From the NCBI RefSeq assembly GCF_017471675.1, contig NZ_JAFUSK010000076.1, positions 193 through 64,192 on the forward strand: a DNA stretch of 64,000 nucleotides. The letters run 5' to 3'. Position numbers and translations under genes: made by a program. Origin of the DNA: Pseudobutyrivibrio sp. GTDB lineage: Bacteria; Bacillota; Clostridia; Lachnospirales; Lachnospiraceae. The notes beneath the pieces were generated by a model. The model did not search any database and had not been told where the DNA came from. It worked only from the letters and a program-made list of their open reading frames with translations. Positions 27,997 through 37,761 of this stretch are shown piece after piece (positions within the stretch are counted from its first letter, which is position 1; each line of letters starts with the position of its first letter).

Positions 27997-28185
27997 ATGT
28001 TTGCATTAATGAGCGATGAAGAAATGAAGGAAGCCTACGGGGATTATAGGGAAGAAATTGTGTTGTTAAAATCCATAAGAAACATTATGGAAACCCTAGA
28101 TGTTTCTGCTGAAAAAGCCATGGATATATTAAAGATACCAGCTAACCAAAGAGGAACATTCCAGGAAAAGATAAATCAGGAATAG
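27997..28185 (+). CDS. Small Rpn-C-terminal-like protein (copy 2)
   Basis: Same leader CACAGGAGGGAGGTAGAAGATTATATG as copy 1; protein nearly identical apart from an internal indel. Confidence 0.65.
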   Translation: MFALMSDEEMKEAYGDYREEIVLLKSIRNIMETLDVSAEKAMDILKIPANQRGTFQEKINQE

Positions 28186-28206
28186 ATTTAAATAGTAGAG
28201 TATATT

Positions 28207-28232
28207 AACCACCTCAGGCGAGGTGGTTTTTT
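28207..28232 (+). terminator. Terminator, repeat copy 3 of 3
   Basis: AACCACCTCAGGCGAGGTGGTTTTTT. Confidence 0.85.
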
Positions 28233-28369
28233 GCATAGGGCATTTACCTCAAAATAATGTAAGCGATGTCTATTTCACATATACTTAAAAAAAACTACAA
28301 ATTAATCTCACAGCAAAGGAATAATATATAAAAAGGTACATGCATGGAGATATTTGGGATGGTGGTAGT

Positions 28370-31300
28370 ATGGTTAGAAAAAGATTTTTGCGAATGGTAT
28401 CGTTATTTTTGACGATTATCATGGTTAGTTCTAGTGCTGAAAGTAAGATATTGGTTAGTGCTGAAGATATGTCGGATGAAGAGGTGAAGCAGGTAGATTC
28501 TATTGAGGAACAAAAAAACGAGTTGGAAGATTCTACCCAAAATAAAGAAGAATTGAAACAGAAAGAAAGAGATGAATCTGAGAATACGGGAAAGGACGAA
28601 ACTGATGAAAAGGAAAAAGAAATGGCTTTTGTTTATGCAGGGGATAAATATGAAGAAATTATAGATGATGAAAATATAAATTTAAATATAAAGCGAGAAT
28701 TGTTTGGGGGACTGGTAGCAGCTGAAGAACCGGAGAAATCGGAAGAAAAAATGGAGGAAGAACGTGAATGGGCAGTTTTGGTAAGCGATAATTATAATCA
28801 TCTTGCAATTGCTCCTTCAGCAAATAAGGCTAAATCAGGAGATACTGTGTCTATAGTTGTAGCGGTAGATGTGGGGTATCGTTTGAAAAACATAACAGTT
28901 ATTTCAGTGGATAATAATTCAATATCAAATATAAGTCCTGTATCAACTGGCGATAATACATATAAATATACTCAGCCGGATTGCAACGTTAAGATAATTG
29001 CATCTGCAGAAAAAGATAGCTATTCAGTTGCATGGCCTAGTGTACCGCTTGGTAATGGTACTGTTTCTATTGTGGATATTATTAAAGGGTCAGAGGACTC
29101 AATGGCATCAGGTATTACAACTGCCAGTTTTGGAGATAAGGTAATCATGGAGGTGGCACCAGCTGCTACATATAGCCTTTCTTCGATTGAAGTAACCTTT
29201 AGTGATGGTCAGGTTTGCAATGGATTAAAAAACTTTGACGGTAAATACGAATTTACTATGGTTGCAGCAAATGTTTTATCGATAGTTGCAACATTTTCTA
29301 AATATGTTGCATTGACCGATTTGACGAAGCCAGTAATAGTTGATGCTGATAATAGGGTAGTACCTCAAGTGGGCGACAGGTTAAATGCTATAAGTGCTGC
29401 ATTACCAGTTACATGGGAATGGTATGCTGATGGTGTATTGATTGATAATACTATGAGTGAGACGCCTGAAATATATGTGCTCACTATGAACGAAGTTGGA
29501 AAAACTATTATGGTAGTTGCTAAACAACTTCAAAACACAGGAGATGGGCAACAACCTGTTGAAGTAGAGCAGATATCTGAATTGACTGAACCAGTTATAA
29601 TAGGAGAAGGAACCATTATTTCTCAAGAAGAAGCGACATCTGCGGTGACTTATGATTATTATAATGAAATTGCTTTAATTGCACCTGAATATGAGGCGGC
29701 ACTTGACGGAAATAGTTTAATGGGTGAATCTCAATTAGCTATTACAGATGTACTTAACTTGTCATCAGAAAGAGTAATTTATGTTCGCAGGAAGGCCAAT
29801 GTTGGAACAAGAGCTAGCTTATGGACGTCAGTAGTACTTCCAGAAAGACCAGCATCACCTATATTGTCAACTGTGAGTCCATCAAACGGGCTTGCTTATA
29901 ATGGGAAAATAGTTGGAACAACAACTGCTATGGAATATAAGTTGGCTAGCGAGTTGGAATATCAAAGAGCTTCTGATAGTTTTACAAATGCCAAAGCTGG
30001 AACTTATCAGGTGAGAGTTGCTGCGACGAATACTTCGTTTGCGGGAAAGACCGCAGAAGTAAATGTTGTAGTACCCTATACAGAACTTACAGATGAAAGA
30101 AAACCTGTTATTGGAAATATCACAGCAGCTCGTACGCTTCCATATGTTGGTGATGTATTGAAGGTAACTACAACTGCTGGACCTGGAATAACATATGAAT
30201 GGTACGCAAATGGCTCATTGATTTTGGGGGTTACAGGGGATACTTATGCTTTGCCACCCTCTGCATATAATAAGAGAATTACAGTAAAGGCAATTCAATC
30301 GGCCAATGTAGATGGGGCTGGACACCCAGAAAGGGAAATTTCGATTACATCCGTAGCAGTTGGTCCGGTTAAGAAAAATCCAGTTGGGACTTTATCTAGT
30401 ACTGATTATGAAAAATATTTACGAATAGATTATTCTGATGAGACAGCTAAAGCAAATTCGGGCTATGAACTTAACACTTCGAAAGGACGAACAGGCTTTG
30501 AAACAATAAAACTTTCTTCACTTATTGATAGAAGTACTAATCGTTGTTTCTATGTAAGACAAAAGGAAACTGACTATAACGAAGAGGGGGATTGGACTAA
30601 AATAGAGTTGGCAGCTCGTCCGGCTGCACCATCAGGTCTATCAGTTGAAAAAACTTCAGATTCTGACGAGGAAGATGGAAAAATAGTTGGAACAACATCT
30701 GCTATGGAGTATAAATTGACAAGTGTATCTAACTATCAACAGGCGACTGATGGTTTTACATTGGTAAAGATTGGAAGTTATCATGTAAGGTATGCTGCTT
30801 CGGAAAATAGTTTTGCCAGCAAAACAACTACCGTAAGAGTAACACCTGGTACAAATAAAAAGAAAAATGATGAAGATGATGAAAATAAATCAAAGGCTAA
30901 AAAGAAGGTAACAAGTACAAAGACTTCAAAGAAGATAAATAAAAATACTGACGATACTAAACGTTCTGCAAGAATTAAAGACGAGAGTGGGCTTTGGTAT
31001 GAAATTCCTAGCGAAACCCGAAATAGTTTAAATAAGATAATGAAAGCTTCGGGAGGTGAGATTATAGATGCCAATGCATTATTATATGGAAATGCCGACG
31101 GATTTGAAACAAAGCAAGTTGGCGGCAAACCAGTAGCGCTCATTCTTGGGGCTGGTGCTATTGTAATAGAAGTTGATAATCCGGATTCTAATGTTATGCT
31201 AACCAATGCATTTGATGTGGCAAGTGCAGTTTTTACGAAGGAACAGTTAGAACTTGCCGAACAGGGGTGTGTTTTTGAGATAATGTTATCTTCTGCAAAT

Positions 31301-31831
31301 ATAGAAGAAAAAGATGTTTCAGAACCAATCATGTCTGTTATTAATGAAGGAATTGAAGAATACAATGAGGATTATCCAAATTTGTTGAAAATAGGCTTTT
31401 TGGATATAAATCTCATGTATCAGATTGATGGGCAGGGATGGACAGGGATTACTGAGACATATGAACCTATTGGATTTGTGCTAAGTTTACCAGAGGATTA
31501 CATGAGTTCAATGGATACATTCTTCATTCTACGTGAACATGAAGGCGAGGTAACTTTACTTGATGATGAGGATGAAGATTTGAATACGGTAACAGTCTCG
31601 ACTAGACAATTTTCCACCTATGTTTTAATGCACAATTCCACGGTGCCAATAACGAATTTTGACTCGGAGGTGGCTAAAACAGCTAAGGCAGATGCTGAAA
31701 TAAATGGAAACATCTGGAAGCTACTATTTGGTGCTATGGTTGTTTTGAATTTAGCCTTAGTGGGATTCTACGTGTACAGAAGAAAGAAGATACTGGCTGA
31801 GATAAAATCTTATGTAGGATTAGATAGATGA
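28370..31831 (+). CDS. Large secreted, C-terminally anchored surface protein with repeated Ig/Fn3-like modules
   Basis: Signal peptide MVRKRFLRMVSLFLTIIMVSSSAES; duplicated modules (W/YEWYAxG; GKIVGTTxAMEYKL); C-terminal TM plus RRKK. Confidence 0.8.
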   Translation: MVRKRFLRMVSLFLTIIMVSSSAESKILVSAEDMSDEEVKQVDSIEEQKNELEDSTQNKEELKQKERDESENTGKDETDEKEKEMAFVYAGDKYEEIIDDENINLNIKRELFGGLVAAEEPEKSEEKMEEEREWAVLVSDNYNHLAIAPSANKAKSGDTVSIVVAVDVGYRLKNITVISVDNNSISNISPVSTGDNTYKYTQPDCNVKIIASAEKDSYSVAWPSVPLGNGTVSIVDIIKGSEDSMASGITTASFGDKVIMEVAPAATYSLSSIEVTFSDGQVCNGLKNFDGKYEFTMVAANVLSIVATFSKYVALTDLTKPVIVDADNRVVPQVGDRLNAISAALPVTWEWYADGVLIDNTMSETPEIYVLTMNEVGKTIMVVAKQLQNTGDGQQPVEVEQISELTEPVIIGEGTIISQEEATSAVTYDYYNEIALIAPEYEAALDGNSLMGESQLAITDVLNLSSERVIYVRRKANVGTRASLWTSVVLPERPASPILSTVSPSNGLAYNGKIVGTTTAMEYKLASELEYQRASDSFTNAKAGTYQVRVAATNTSFAGKTAEVNVVVPYTELTDERKPVIGNITAARTLPYVGDVLKVTTTAGPGITYEWYANGSLILGVTGDTYALPPSAYNKRITVKAIQSANVDGAGHPEREISITSVAVGPVKKNPVGTLSSTDYEKYLRIDYSDETAKANSGYELNTSKGRTGFETIKLSSLIDRSTNRCFYVRQKETDYNEEGDWTKIELAARPAAPSGLSVEKTSDSDEEDGKIVGTTSAMEYKLTSVSNYQQATDGFTLVKIGSYHVRYAASENSFASKTTTVRVTPGTNKKKNDEDDENKSKAKKKVTSTKTSKKINKNTDDTKRSARIKDESGLWYEIPSETRNSLNKIMKASGGEIIDANALLYGNADGFETKQVGGKPVALILGAGAIVIEVDNPDSNVMLTNAFDVASAVFTKEQLELAEQGCVFEIMLSSANIEEKDVSEPIMSVINEGIEEYNEDYPNLLKIGFLDINLMYQIDGQGWTGITETYEPIGFVLSLPEDYMSSMDTFFILREHEGEVTLLDDEDEDLNTVTVSTRQFSTYVLMHNSTVPITNFDSEVAKTAKADAEINGNIWKLLFGAMVVLNLALVGFYVYRRKKILAEIKSYVGLDR

Positions 31832-31839
31832 GTAATCTG

Positions 31840-31871
31840 ATGCCTCGGCACTATTGTGCCGAGGCATTTTT
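31840..31871. terminator. Terminator between convergent genes
   Basis: ATGCCTCGGCAC-tatt-GTGCCGAGGCAT-TTTT. Confidence 0.85.
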
Positions 31872-31907
31872 GGTCTACATAGCACTCCTAATAATCCCTC
31901 CCTAAAT

Positions 31908-33284
31908 CTAATTAGATTCTGTATCTCTATAATGCAATAATATTATTAGATAAAACATAAGGAAGGCGTACATATTCTTGGTGCTTAGCATACCTAATAA
32001 GTAGCATAATATGTAAAACATATGATATTTGTTTTTATATGAAATGATTATCATAAAAGCAAATAGTGCGCACATTCCAAGTAGACCAATGATGCCTTCA
32101 TCACAAAAGATTTCTACTATACCTACATCATATACATAGGAAATGGTCCAACGGTCCTTACCATCAGGAAAATGCCAATAGTACTGAACTTTTCCTCTGT
32201 TTGCTGCAGAAGCACCTAACCCAAATATAGGATTCTTTTTTGCAACGTAAAGTATACCAGTTAACTGTCTGGTTCTTGAAATAGAACCATTTATATTTTT
32301 TCCGTATCCTGATGAATCAGAAGGTGCATCTTCATCTAAATCATAATCAAAACCCACTTCATTCAAAATGGACTTTCCTGTTCCTACGTAATAATATTGT
32401 AGTGTTGGACTGATAATGCTTACTATACTCATGTAGATTAGGAGAACTAGTACAATTAAAGCTGCATTTTTGATAAAAAGTATTCTTCTTGAATTGCCTT
32501 CTAAAATATACATCATATAAACAAAGGCGATAATAATATAAAAGAACATATCAGAACGAGATCCTGAATGGATGACAGCAAGTGCATTTAGCCCTACAAT
32601 GAATAAATATCTATTTTGTTTTGTGGTGTCATATAAATAGCATATAAGAGGAAATATAAAGACGCACATATTCCCAAAAAGTGCTGGCGCCGTAAATGAT
32701 GAATTGATTCGCAATAGACCTAGTCTATAATAGCGGATGTTGTTCATGTCTCGTGTAACTGTATAAAGGGCATCAAATAGTCTTATTTCAAAGATACTTT
32801 CTATTATTCCTATAATAAACAAGAAAGAGGCTGTCCAAACTACAATCTTTATTATTTTCTTGATTTCTTCTTTTGAAGGGCTAATAAGGTAAAAAGCAAT
32901 TAATAAAAATAATTGCTCATAAAGAATTAAAAAAATGGTTTTAATTGCCTGCCCGGTTATTATTGAACCATGTAGATTGGTAAATATTCTTAGAAGAAAA
33001 TATCCTAATAGAAAAAAATATTCCTTCGGTAATTTTTTTAGATTTATATTTTTTAAATGCAAACTTCTTTTTCTGTTAATAACTGCATAAATGAAGAGGG
33101 TAATAAACATCATTCTTGCAACTGTAAGAACAGGAAAATTTATAGAAAACTCTACACCATAAAAAGGGGGGAGGAATAGCATGCATGGTACAAATAAATA
33201 TAGGTATTTTTTATTTACAAAAAAGTAGATATTAGCAACAAATAAAACTAAAGAAAATGCTATCAAAAATACTTGGTTAAACAT
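31908..33284 (-). CDS. O-antigen ligase/Wzy_C family membrane protein
   Basis: Multi-TM; RINSSFTAPALFG, HSGSRS, ISRTRQ, PIFGLGA, EGIIGL. Confidence 0.75.
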   Translation of the reverse strand: MFNQVFLIAFSLVLFVANIYFFVNKKYLYLFVPCMLFLPPFYGVEFSINFPVLTVARMMFITLFIYAVINRKRSLHLKNINLKKLPKEYFFLLGYFLLRIFTNLHGSIITGQAIKTIFLILYEQLFLLIAFYLISPSKEEIKKIIKIVVWTASFLFIIGIIESIFEIRLFDALYTVTRDMNNIRYYRLGLLRINSSFTAPALFGNMCVFIFPLICYLYDTTKQNRYLFIVGLNALAVIHSGSRSDMFFYIIIAFVYMMYILEGNSRRILFIKNAALIVLVLLIYMSIVSIISPTLQYYYVGTGKSILNEVGFDYDLDEDAPSDSSGYGKNINGSISRTRQLTGILYVAKKNPIFGLGASAANRGKVQYYWHFPDGKDRWTISYVYDVGIVEIFCDEGIIGLLGMCALFAFMIIISYKNKYHMFYILCYLLGMLSTKNMYAFLMFYLIILLHYRDTESN

Positions 33285-33321
33285 ATATATAGGAACTCCA
33301 GTTGGTTTATTTTACACTACA

Positions 33322-33354
33322 GTTGATTTAACGTTGATTTAACGTTGATTTAAC
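33322..33354. repeat. Tandem repeat (GTTGATTTAAC)x3
   Basis: Three perfect 11-mers in the 72-bp gap between two minus-strand genes. Confidence 0.95.
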
Positions 33355-33356
33355 GT

Positions 33357-34061
33357 TTACTTATCATTTAAAAAATCTTCAAATGATGAATAGTAATTTG
33401 AATTAGATTCTTTCAAATATTTAATGCTTAGCTCTTTGCAATTTTCAAGATTTAGTCTGTCTTCAAAAGTGTTTGTTATATCAGAAAAGTTATCTTTTGA
33501 TGTAAAAATAGGAAAATAAGAGTTGAACAATCTGATATCAGGATTTTTGTGGTATTTATTTCTATAGTACTCTCTGATGGTTTTAGCTTCTTCTATCTGC
33601 TTGCTAGCTCTTTTTCTCATAAACTCTTCTACAGACATTATTCTTTTGGCGGGAATACCAGCGTAAACAGAGTTCTTTTCGCAATGTGAAGTTACAAGAC
33701 TTCCGGCGCCAATAATAACATTGTCTTCTATGATGGCTCCGCCTAAAATAGTAGCCCCCCATCCAATAAAAATGTTGTTGCCAATAAGAACGGGTTGTTG
33801 ATTTCCGAGGATTCTTCCATCCATATTCTTGAATACTTTCCAACTGTAATCATGTGTCATGATTGTAACAGGACCGGTGAGAGCAACATTATCTCCAATT
33901 TTAAGCATATAAGGATTCTGAGTATCAATGATAGTTTCTGTAGGAAGGTAAATTCTGAAGTTTTTTCCGATATGAACTCCGCATGAACGTAAATGTTTCT
34001 CGTATGTAGAGGAAGTGGCTTTATATCCATATAATAGTTTCCTAAAAATATTTTTAATCAT
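33357..34061 (-). CDS. Hexapeptide-repeat (LbH) O-acetyltransferase
   Basis: LKIGDNVAL, IMTHDYS, VLIGNNIFIGWGATILGGAIIEDNVIIGAGSLV, VYAGIPAKRI. Confidence 0.9.
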   Translation of the reverse strand: MIKNIFRKLLYGYKATSSTYEKHLRSCGVHIGKNFRIYLPTETIIDTQNPYMLKIGDNVALTGPVTIMTHDYSWKVFKNMDGRILGNQQPVLIGNNIFIGWGATILGGAIIEDNVIIGAGSLVTSHCEKNSVYAGIPAKRIMSVEEFMRKRASKQIEEAKTIREYYRNKYHKNPDIRLFNSYFPIFTSKDNFSDITNTFEDRLNLENCKELSIKYLKESNSNYYSSFEDFLNDK

Positions 34062-34239
34062 ATTCTTTATTTATGCTCCTTATGATTTCGTTTTTATATA
34101 ATAAAACATTTTACATATTATCATAGTTTAAAAAAAATGGCGAGAATTAGAAGATAGATGATAAATATAATTGTGGCTAAATTGTGAAAAGTTACACAAT
34201 AAAATAAAAAAATATACATATATTTTTACTAATAAGTAA

Positions 34240-34269
34240 TTGTCAACATATAACGCCAGGTTGTATAAT
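34240..34269 (+). promoter_or_regulatory. Putative promoter of the main Wzx/Wzy operon
   Basis: TTGTCA-N18-TATAAT, 66 bp upstream of the ATG. Confidence 0.5.
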
Positions 34270-34335
34270 TCATCAGTATGGAAATTTATGAACTTTTATC
34301 TTAAAAATATGAATTAATTTAATAGGGAGTTATAT

Positions 34336-35538
34336 ATGAAAGTTTTAATGGTAAACAAGTTTCTATATCCTAATGGAGGATCGGAGACTTATATTTTCAA
34401 GCTAGGAGAAGCACTATCAGCCAAGGGACATGAGGTTCAGTATTTTGGTATGGAGCATGAGGGACGTTGCGTTGGCAATAGGGTAAATGCTTACACATCA
34501 GATATGGATTTTCATGATGCTAGTAAGTTTGAAAAGATGACATATCCTTTGAAGACTATTTATTCAAAGGAAGCTCGGCAAAAGATTAGGTTGGTGTTAG
34601 ATGATTTTAAGCCAGATGTTGTTCACCTGAACAATTTTAATTATCAGCTCACACCGTCTATTATATTAGAAATAGTCAAGTGGAGAAAGCAGACAGGACA
34701 AAGCTGTAGAATTGTATTTACAGCACATGATTATCAGCTTGTTTGCCCAAACCACATGTGTAACAATCCAAACACTCATGAGAATTGCGAAAAATGTTTA
34801 TCTGGTAAATTTATTAATTGTACAAAAGGTAAATGTATTCATGGAAGCACAGCAAAAAGTTTTATAGGTACACTCGAAGCTTCATTCTGGAAGCTTAAGG
34901 GGACATACAAATATATTGATAAGTTTATTTGCTGTAGTGAATTTATGAAGAGTAAGCTTGATAGCAATCCTCTATTTGCAAAAAAGACGGTTGCTATTCA
35001 TAATTTTATTGAATCTATACATTGGGTAGAGGTTGAAAAGGAAAATTATGTTCTTTACTTTGGAAGATATTCTGAGGAAAAGGGTATTCGTACACTTATC
35101 GAGGCAGCAAAGAGAATGCCCGAAGTGAATTTTATTTTTGCAGGTAAGGGTCCACTTGAAGATTTACTTAATGATGTGGATAACATCAAGAATGTGGGTT
35201 TTCAAAGTGGAGAAAATTTATCAAATCTTATTCGCAAGGCTAAGATGTCAGTTTATTCATCAGAGTGGTATGAGAATTGTCCATTCTCTGTTATGGAGTC
35301 ACAGATGTATGGTACACCAGTAATCGGTGCAAACATCGGTGGAATCCCAGAGCTCATCAAGGTTGGTGAGACGGGACTTCTTTATGAGAGCGGAGATGTC
35401 GATCAGCTTTGTGATGCTATCCACACAATCTGGCAGGATGATAGCAAAGCAAGGGTTATGCATGATGCATGTAAGGAATTAAGCTTTGACACTATTGATG
35501 AATATTTGGGTAAAATATTAAAGATTTACGAGGGTTAG
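34336..35538 (+). CDS. Family 4 glycosyltransferase
   Basis: GGSETY, LYFGRYSEEKG, YENCPFSVMES, GANIGGIPE. Confidence 0.92.
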   Translation: MKVLMVNKFLYPNGGSETYIFKLGEALSAKGHEVQYFGMEHEGRCVGNRVNAYTSDMDFHDASKFEKMTYPLKTIYSKEARQKIRLVLDDFKPDVVHLNNFNYQLTPSIILEIVKWRKQTGQSCRIVFTAHDYQLVCPNHMCNNPNTHENCEKCLSGKFINCTKGKCIHGSTAKSFIGTLEASFWKLKGTYKYIDKFICCSEFMKSKLDSNPLFAKKTVAIHNFIESIHWVEVEKENYVLYFGRYSEEKGIRTLIEAAKRMPEVNFIFAGKGPLEDLLNDVDNIKNVGFQSGENLSNLIRKAKMSVYSSEWYENCPFSVMESQMYGTPVIGANIGGIPELIKVGETGLLYESGDVDQLCDAIHTIWQDDSKARVMHDACKELSFDTIDEYLGKILKIYEG

Positions 35539-35541
35539 AAT

Positions 35542-36555
35542 ATGAGTGTGAAAAAAAATAGAGATATTTGGATAGATAATTGTAAGGTGTTTGCTATTTC
35601 AGCTGTTGTTATATGTCATTTCTTTGAATCTATGATGAAAGCGGATTTAGTTTCAGATTCATTCTTATATGAGTGGTTTGAACATACAGCTAGGTTTTAT
35701 GCAGTTAATCTATTTTTTATCTGTAGTGGCTTCTTGTATCAAAAGTATTCAAAAGTGAATTCGGTTGCTACATGGGTTAACAATATAAAGAAAAAATTTA
35801 TAGCATTTGGTGTTCCTTATTTTGTATTTACATTTGCGACCTGGATTTTAAAGACTGCATTTTCGAGTTCGGTAAATACAAAGGTTGATGGGTTGGGATA
35901 TATATTGTTCGCACATCCAACAGCCCCATATTGGTATCTTTATACATTGTTATTTATTTTCATGATTACAGTAACTGTAGAAAATAAAAAACAGATGTAT
36001 ATACTATTAGCTATTGCATTTGCTGCTAAAATAATAAGATTTTGTGGATTAGAAACCGGTTTATATTTTATAGATAGAACTCTTGATAACTGGGTATGGT
36101 TTGTAATTGGAATGGCGATTGCAAAGGATGTAATAAAACTAGTTAATGCCGTGTTCGGCTATATAATATTGGCATTACTACTTGTTAGCAGTGTGTATAT
36201 TGAAATGTATTTATCTGGAAATACAAAGGTAGCATTTGTAGCGGGGCTTGTATTGTGCTACGCAATAGCAAGTATTTTACATTCTATATTTTCAAATGGA
36301 GAGCAGAATAAGGTATTTGCGGTTATAGCGAAGTATTCAATGCCTATCTTTTTGATGCATACATTGTTCGCGGCAACATTTAGAATAGTTTTATTTAAGG
36401 TAGGAATAGATAATGCTGTCCTCCATATTATTTTGGGATTGGTAGTAACATTTGTTGGTCCAATAATTGGAATGATTGTTATGGAAAAAATTAGACCTTT
36501 GGATTTTATTGTATATCCAACACGTTATATTAAGTTAAAGAAAAAGGAGTATTAA
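35542..36555 (+). CDS. Acyltransferase family 3 (polysaccharide O-acyltransferase)
   Basis: WIDNCKVFAI...CHF, FFICSGFLY, PYWYLYTL, SMPIFLMH. Confidence 0.85.
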   Translation: MSVKKNRDIWIDNCKVFAISAVVICHFFESMMKADLVSDSFLYEWFEHTARFYAVNLFFICSGFLYQKYSKVNSVATWVNNIKKKFIAFGVPYFVFTFATWILKTAFSSSVNTKVDGLGYILFAHPTAPYWYLYTLLFIFMITVTVENKKQMYILLAIAFAAKIIRFCGLETGLYFIDRTLDNWVWFVIGMAIAKDVIKLVNAVFGYIILALLLVSSVYIEMYLSGNTKVAFVAGLVLCYAIASILHSIFSNGEQNKVFAVIAKYSMPIFLMHTLFAATFRIVLFKVGIDNAVLHIILGLVVTFVGPIIGMIVMEKIRPLDFIVYPTRYIKLKKKEY

Positions 36556-36557
36556 AA

Positions 36558-37730
36558 ATGGCTGAAAAGAAATTAAACGGAACCGTAATTGTAACTTACA
36601 GATGTAATGCTCGTTGCTCTATGTGCAATAGATACAAGGCACCATCAAAGCCTGAGGAAGAGATTTCAATCGAGACAATCAAGAAGCTTCCTAAGATGTA
36701 TTTCACAAACATCACAGGTGGTGAGCCTTTCATCAGAACAGATATCAAGGATATCGTTCGTGAGCTTTATAAGAAGTCTGATCGTATCGTTATTTCTACA
36801 AACGGTTTCTTTACAGATCGTATCGTAGATTTATGTAAGGAGTTCCCACAGATTGGTATTCGTATTTCAATCGAGGGACTTGAGGAGACAAACAACAAAA
36901 TCAGAGGTCTTGATAATGGTTTCCAGAGAGGTTACCAGACTCTTAAGACTCTTCGTGAGATGGGTATGAAGGACGTTGGATTCGGTATGACAGTTCAGGA
37001 TATGAACGCTCCAGATCTTGTACCTCTTTACCAGCTTTCAGATGAGATGGGTATGGAGTTTGCTACAGCATCTCTGCACAACAGCTTCTATTTTGTAGAG
37101 GCAAAGAACATTATCAAGGATCGTCCAATGGTTGCTCAGAACTTCGAGAACCTTGTTAACGAGCTTCTTGCAAGCAAGAGCCCTAAGAAGTGGTTCAGAG
37201 CTTACTTCAACCACGGACTTATCAACTACATTTATGGACAGAAGAGACTTCTTCCATGTGATATGTCATTTGATACATTCTTCATAGATCCATACGGTGA
37301 TGTAATGCCATGTAATGGTACAAAGGATAAAGAGGTTATGGGTAACCTTAATAACCAGTCTTGGGATGAACTTTGGAATTCTCCAGAGGCTGAGCAGGTT
37401 CGTTCAAAGGTTAGATGCTGTGACAGAGATTGCTGGATGATTGGTTCAGTTTCACCTGCAATGCACAAGTACATCTGGGTACCACTCTGGTGGGTAATCC
37501 GTCACAAGGCTAAGTTCTGGACAAAGAAGAAGTACAGCATGTACGAGAACAAGATTGTTCGTGATCTTCGCGATGGCAAGGTTACAAAGGAAGATCTTGA
37601 TAAGTGCAGTACTTGTGATATGTGTGCTACTGTAAACAATGGTCTTTCAGCAGCTTCTATGGAGCAGCTTAAGAATAAGACTGGCGAGGAAATCGTAGAC
37701 GCTGATATCGCAGCTCAGATGAATAAATAA
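36558..37730 (+). CDS. Radical SAM / SPASM-domain protein
   Basis: CNARCSMC, ITGGEP, LPCDM, IDPYGDVMPC, CCDRDCW. Confidence 0.92.
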   Translation: MAEKKLNGTVIVTYRCNARCSMCNRYKAPSKPEEEISIETIKKLPKMYFTNITGGEPFIRTDIKDIVRELYKKSDRIVISTNGFFTDRIVDLCKEFPQIGIRISIEGLEETNNKIRGLDNGFQRGYQTLKTLREMGMKDVGFGMTVQDMNAPDLVPLYQLSDEMGMEFATASLHNSFYFVEAKNIIKDRPMVAQNFENLVNELLASKSPKKWFRAYFNHGLINYIYGQKRLLPCDMSFDTFFIDPYGDVMPCNGTKDKEVMGNLNNQSWDELWNSPEAEQVRSKVRCCDRDCWMIGSVSPAMHKYIWVPLWWVIRHKAKFWTKKKYSMYENKIVRDLRDGKVTKEDLDKCSTCDMCATVNNGLSAASMEQLKNKTGEEIVDADIAAQMNK

Positions 37731-37761
37731 AAAAATTAACTAATTAAGATGAGGTATTTTT

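Noticed and set aside
23400-28300. Prophage or ICE
   Set aside because: No integrase, relaxase, structural or replication genes.
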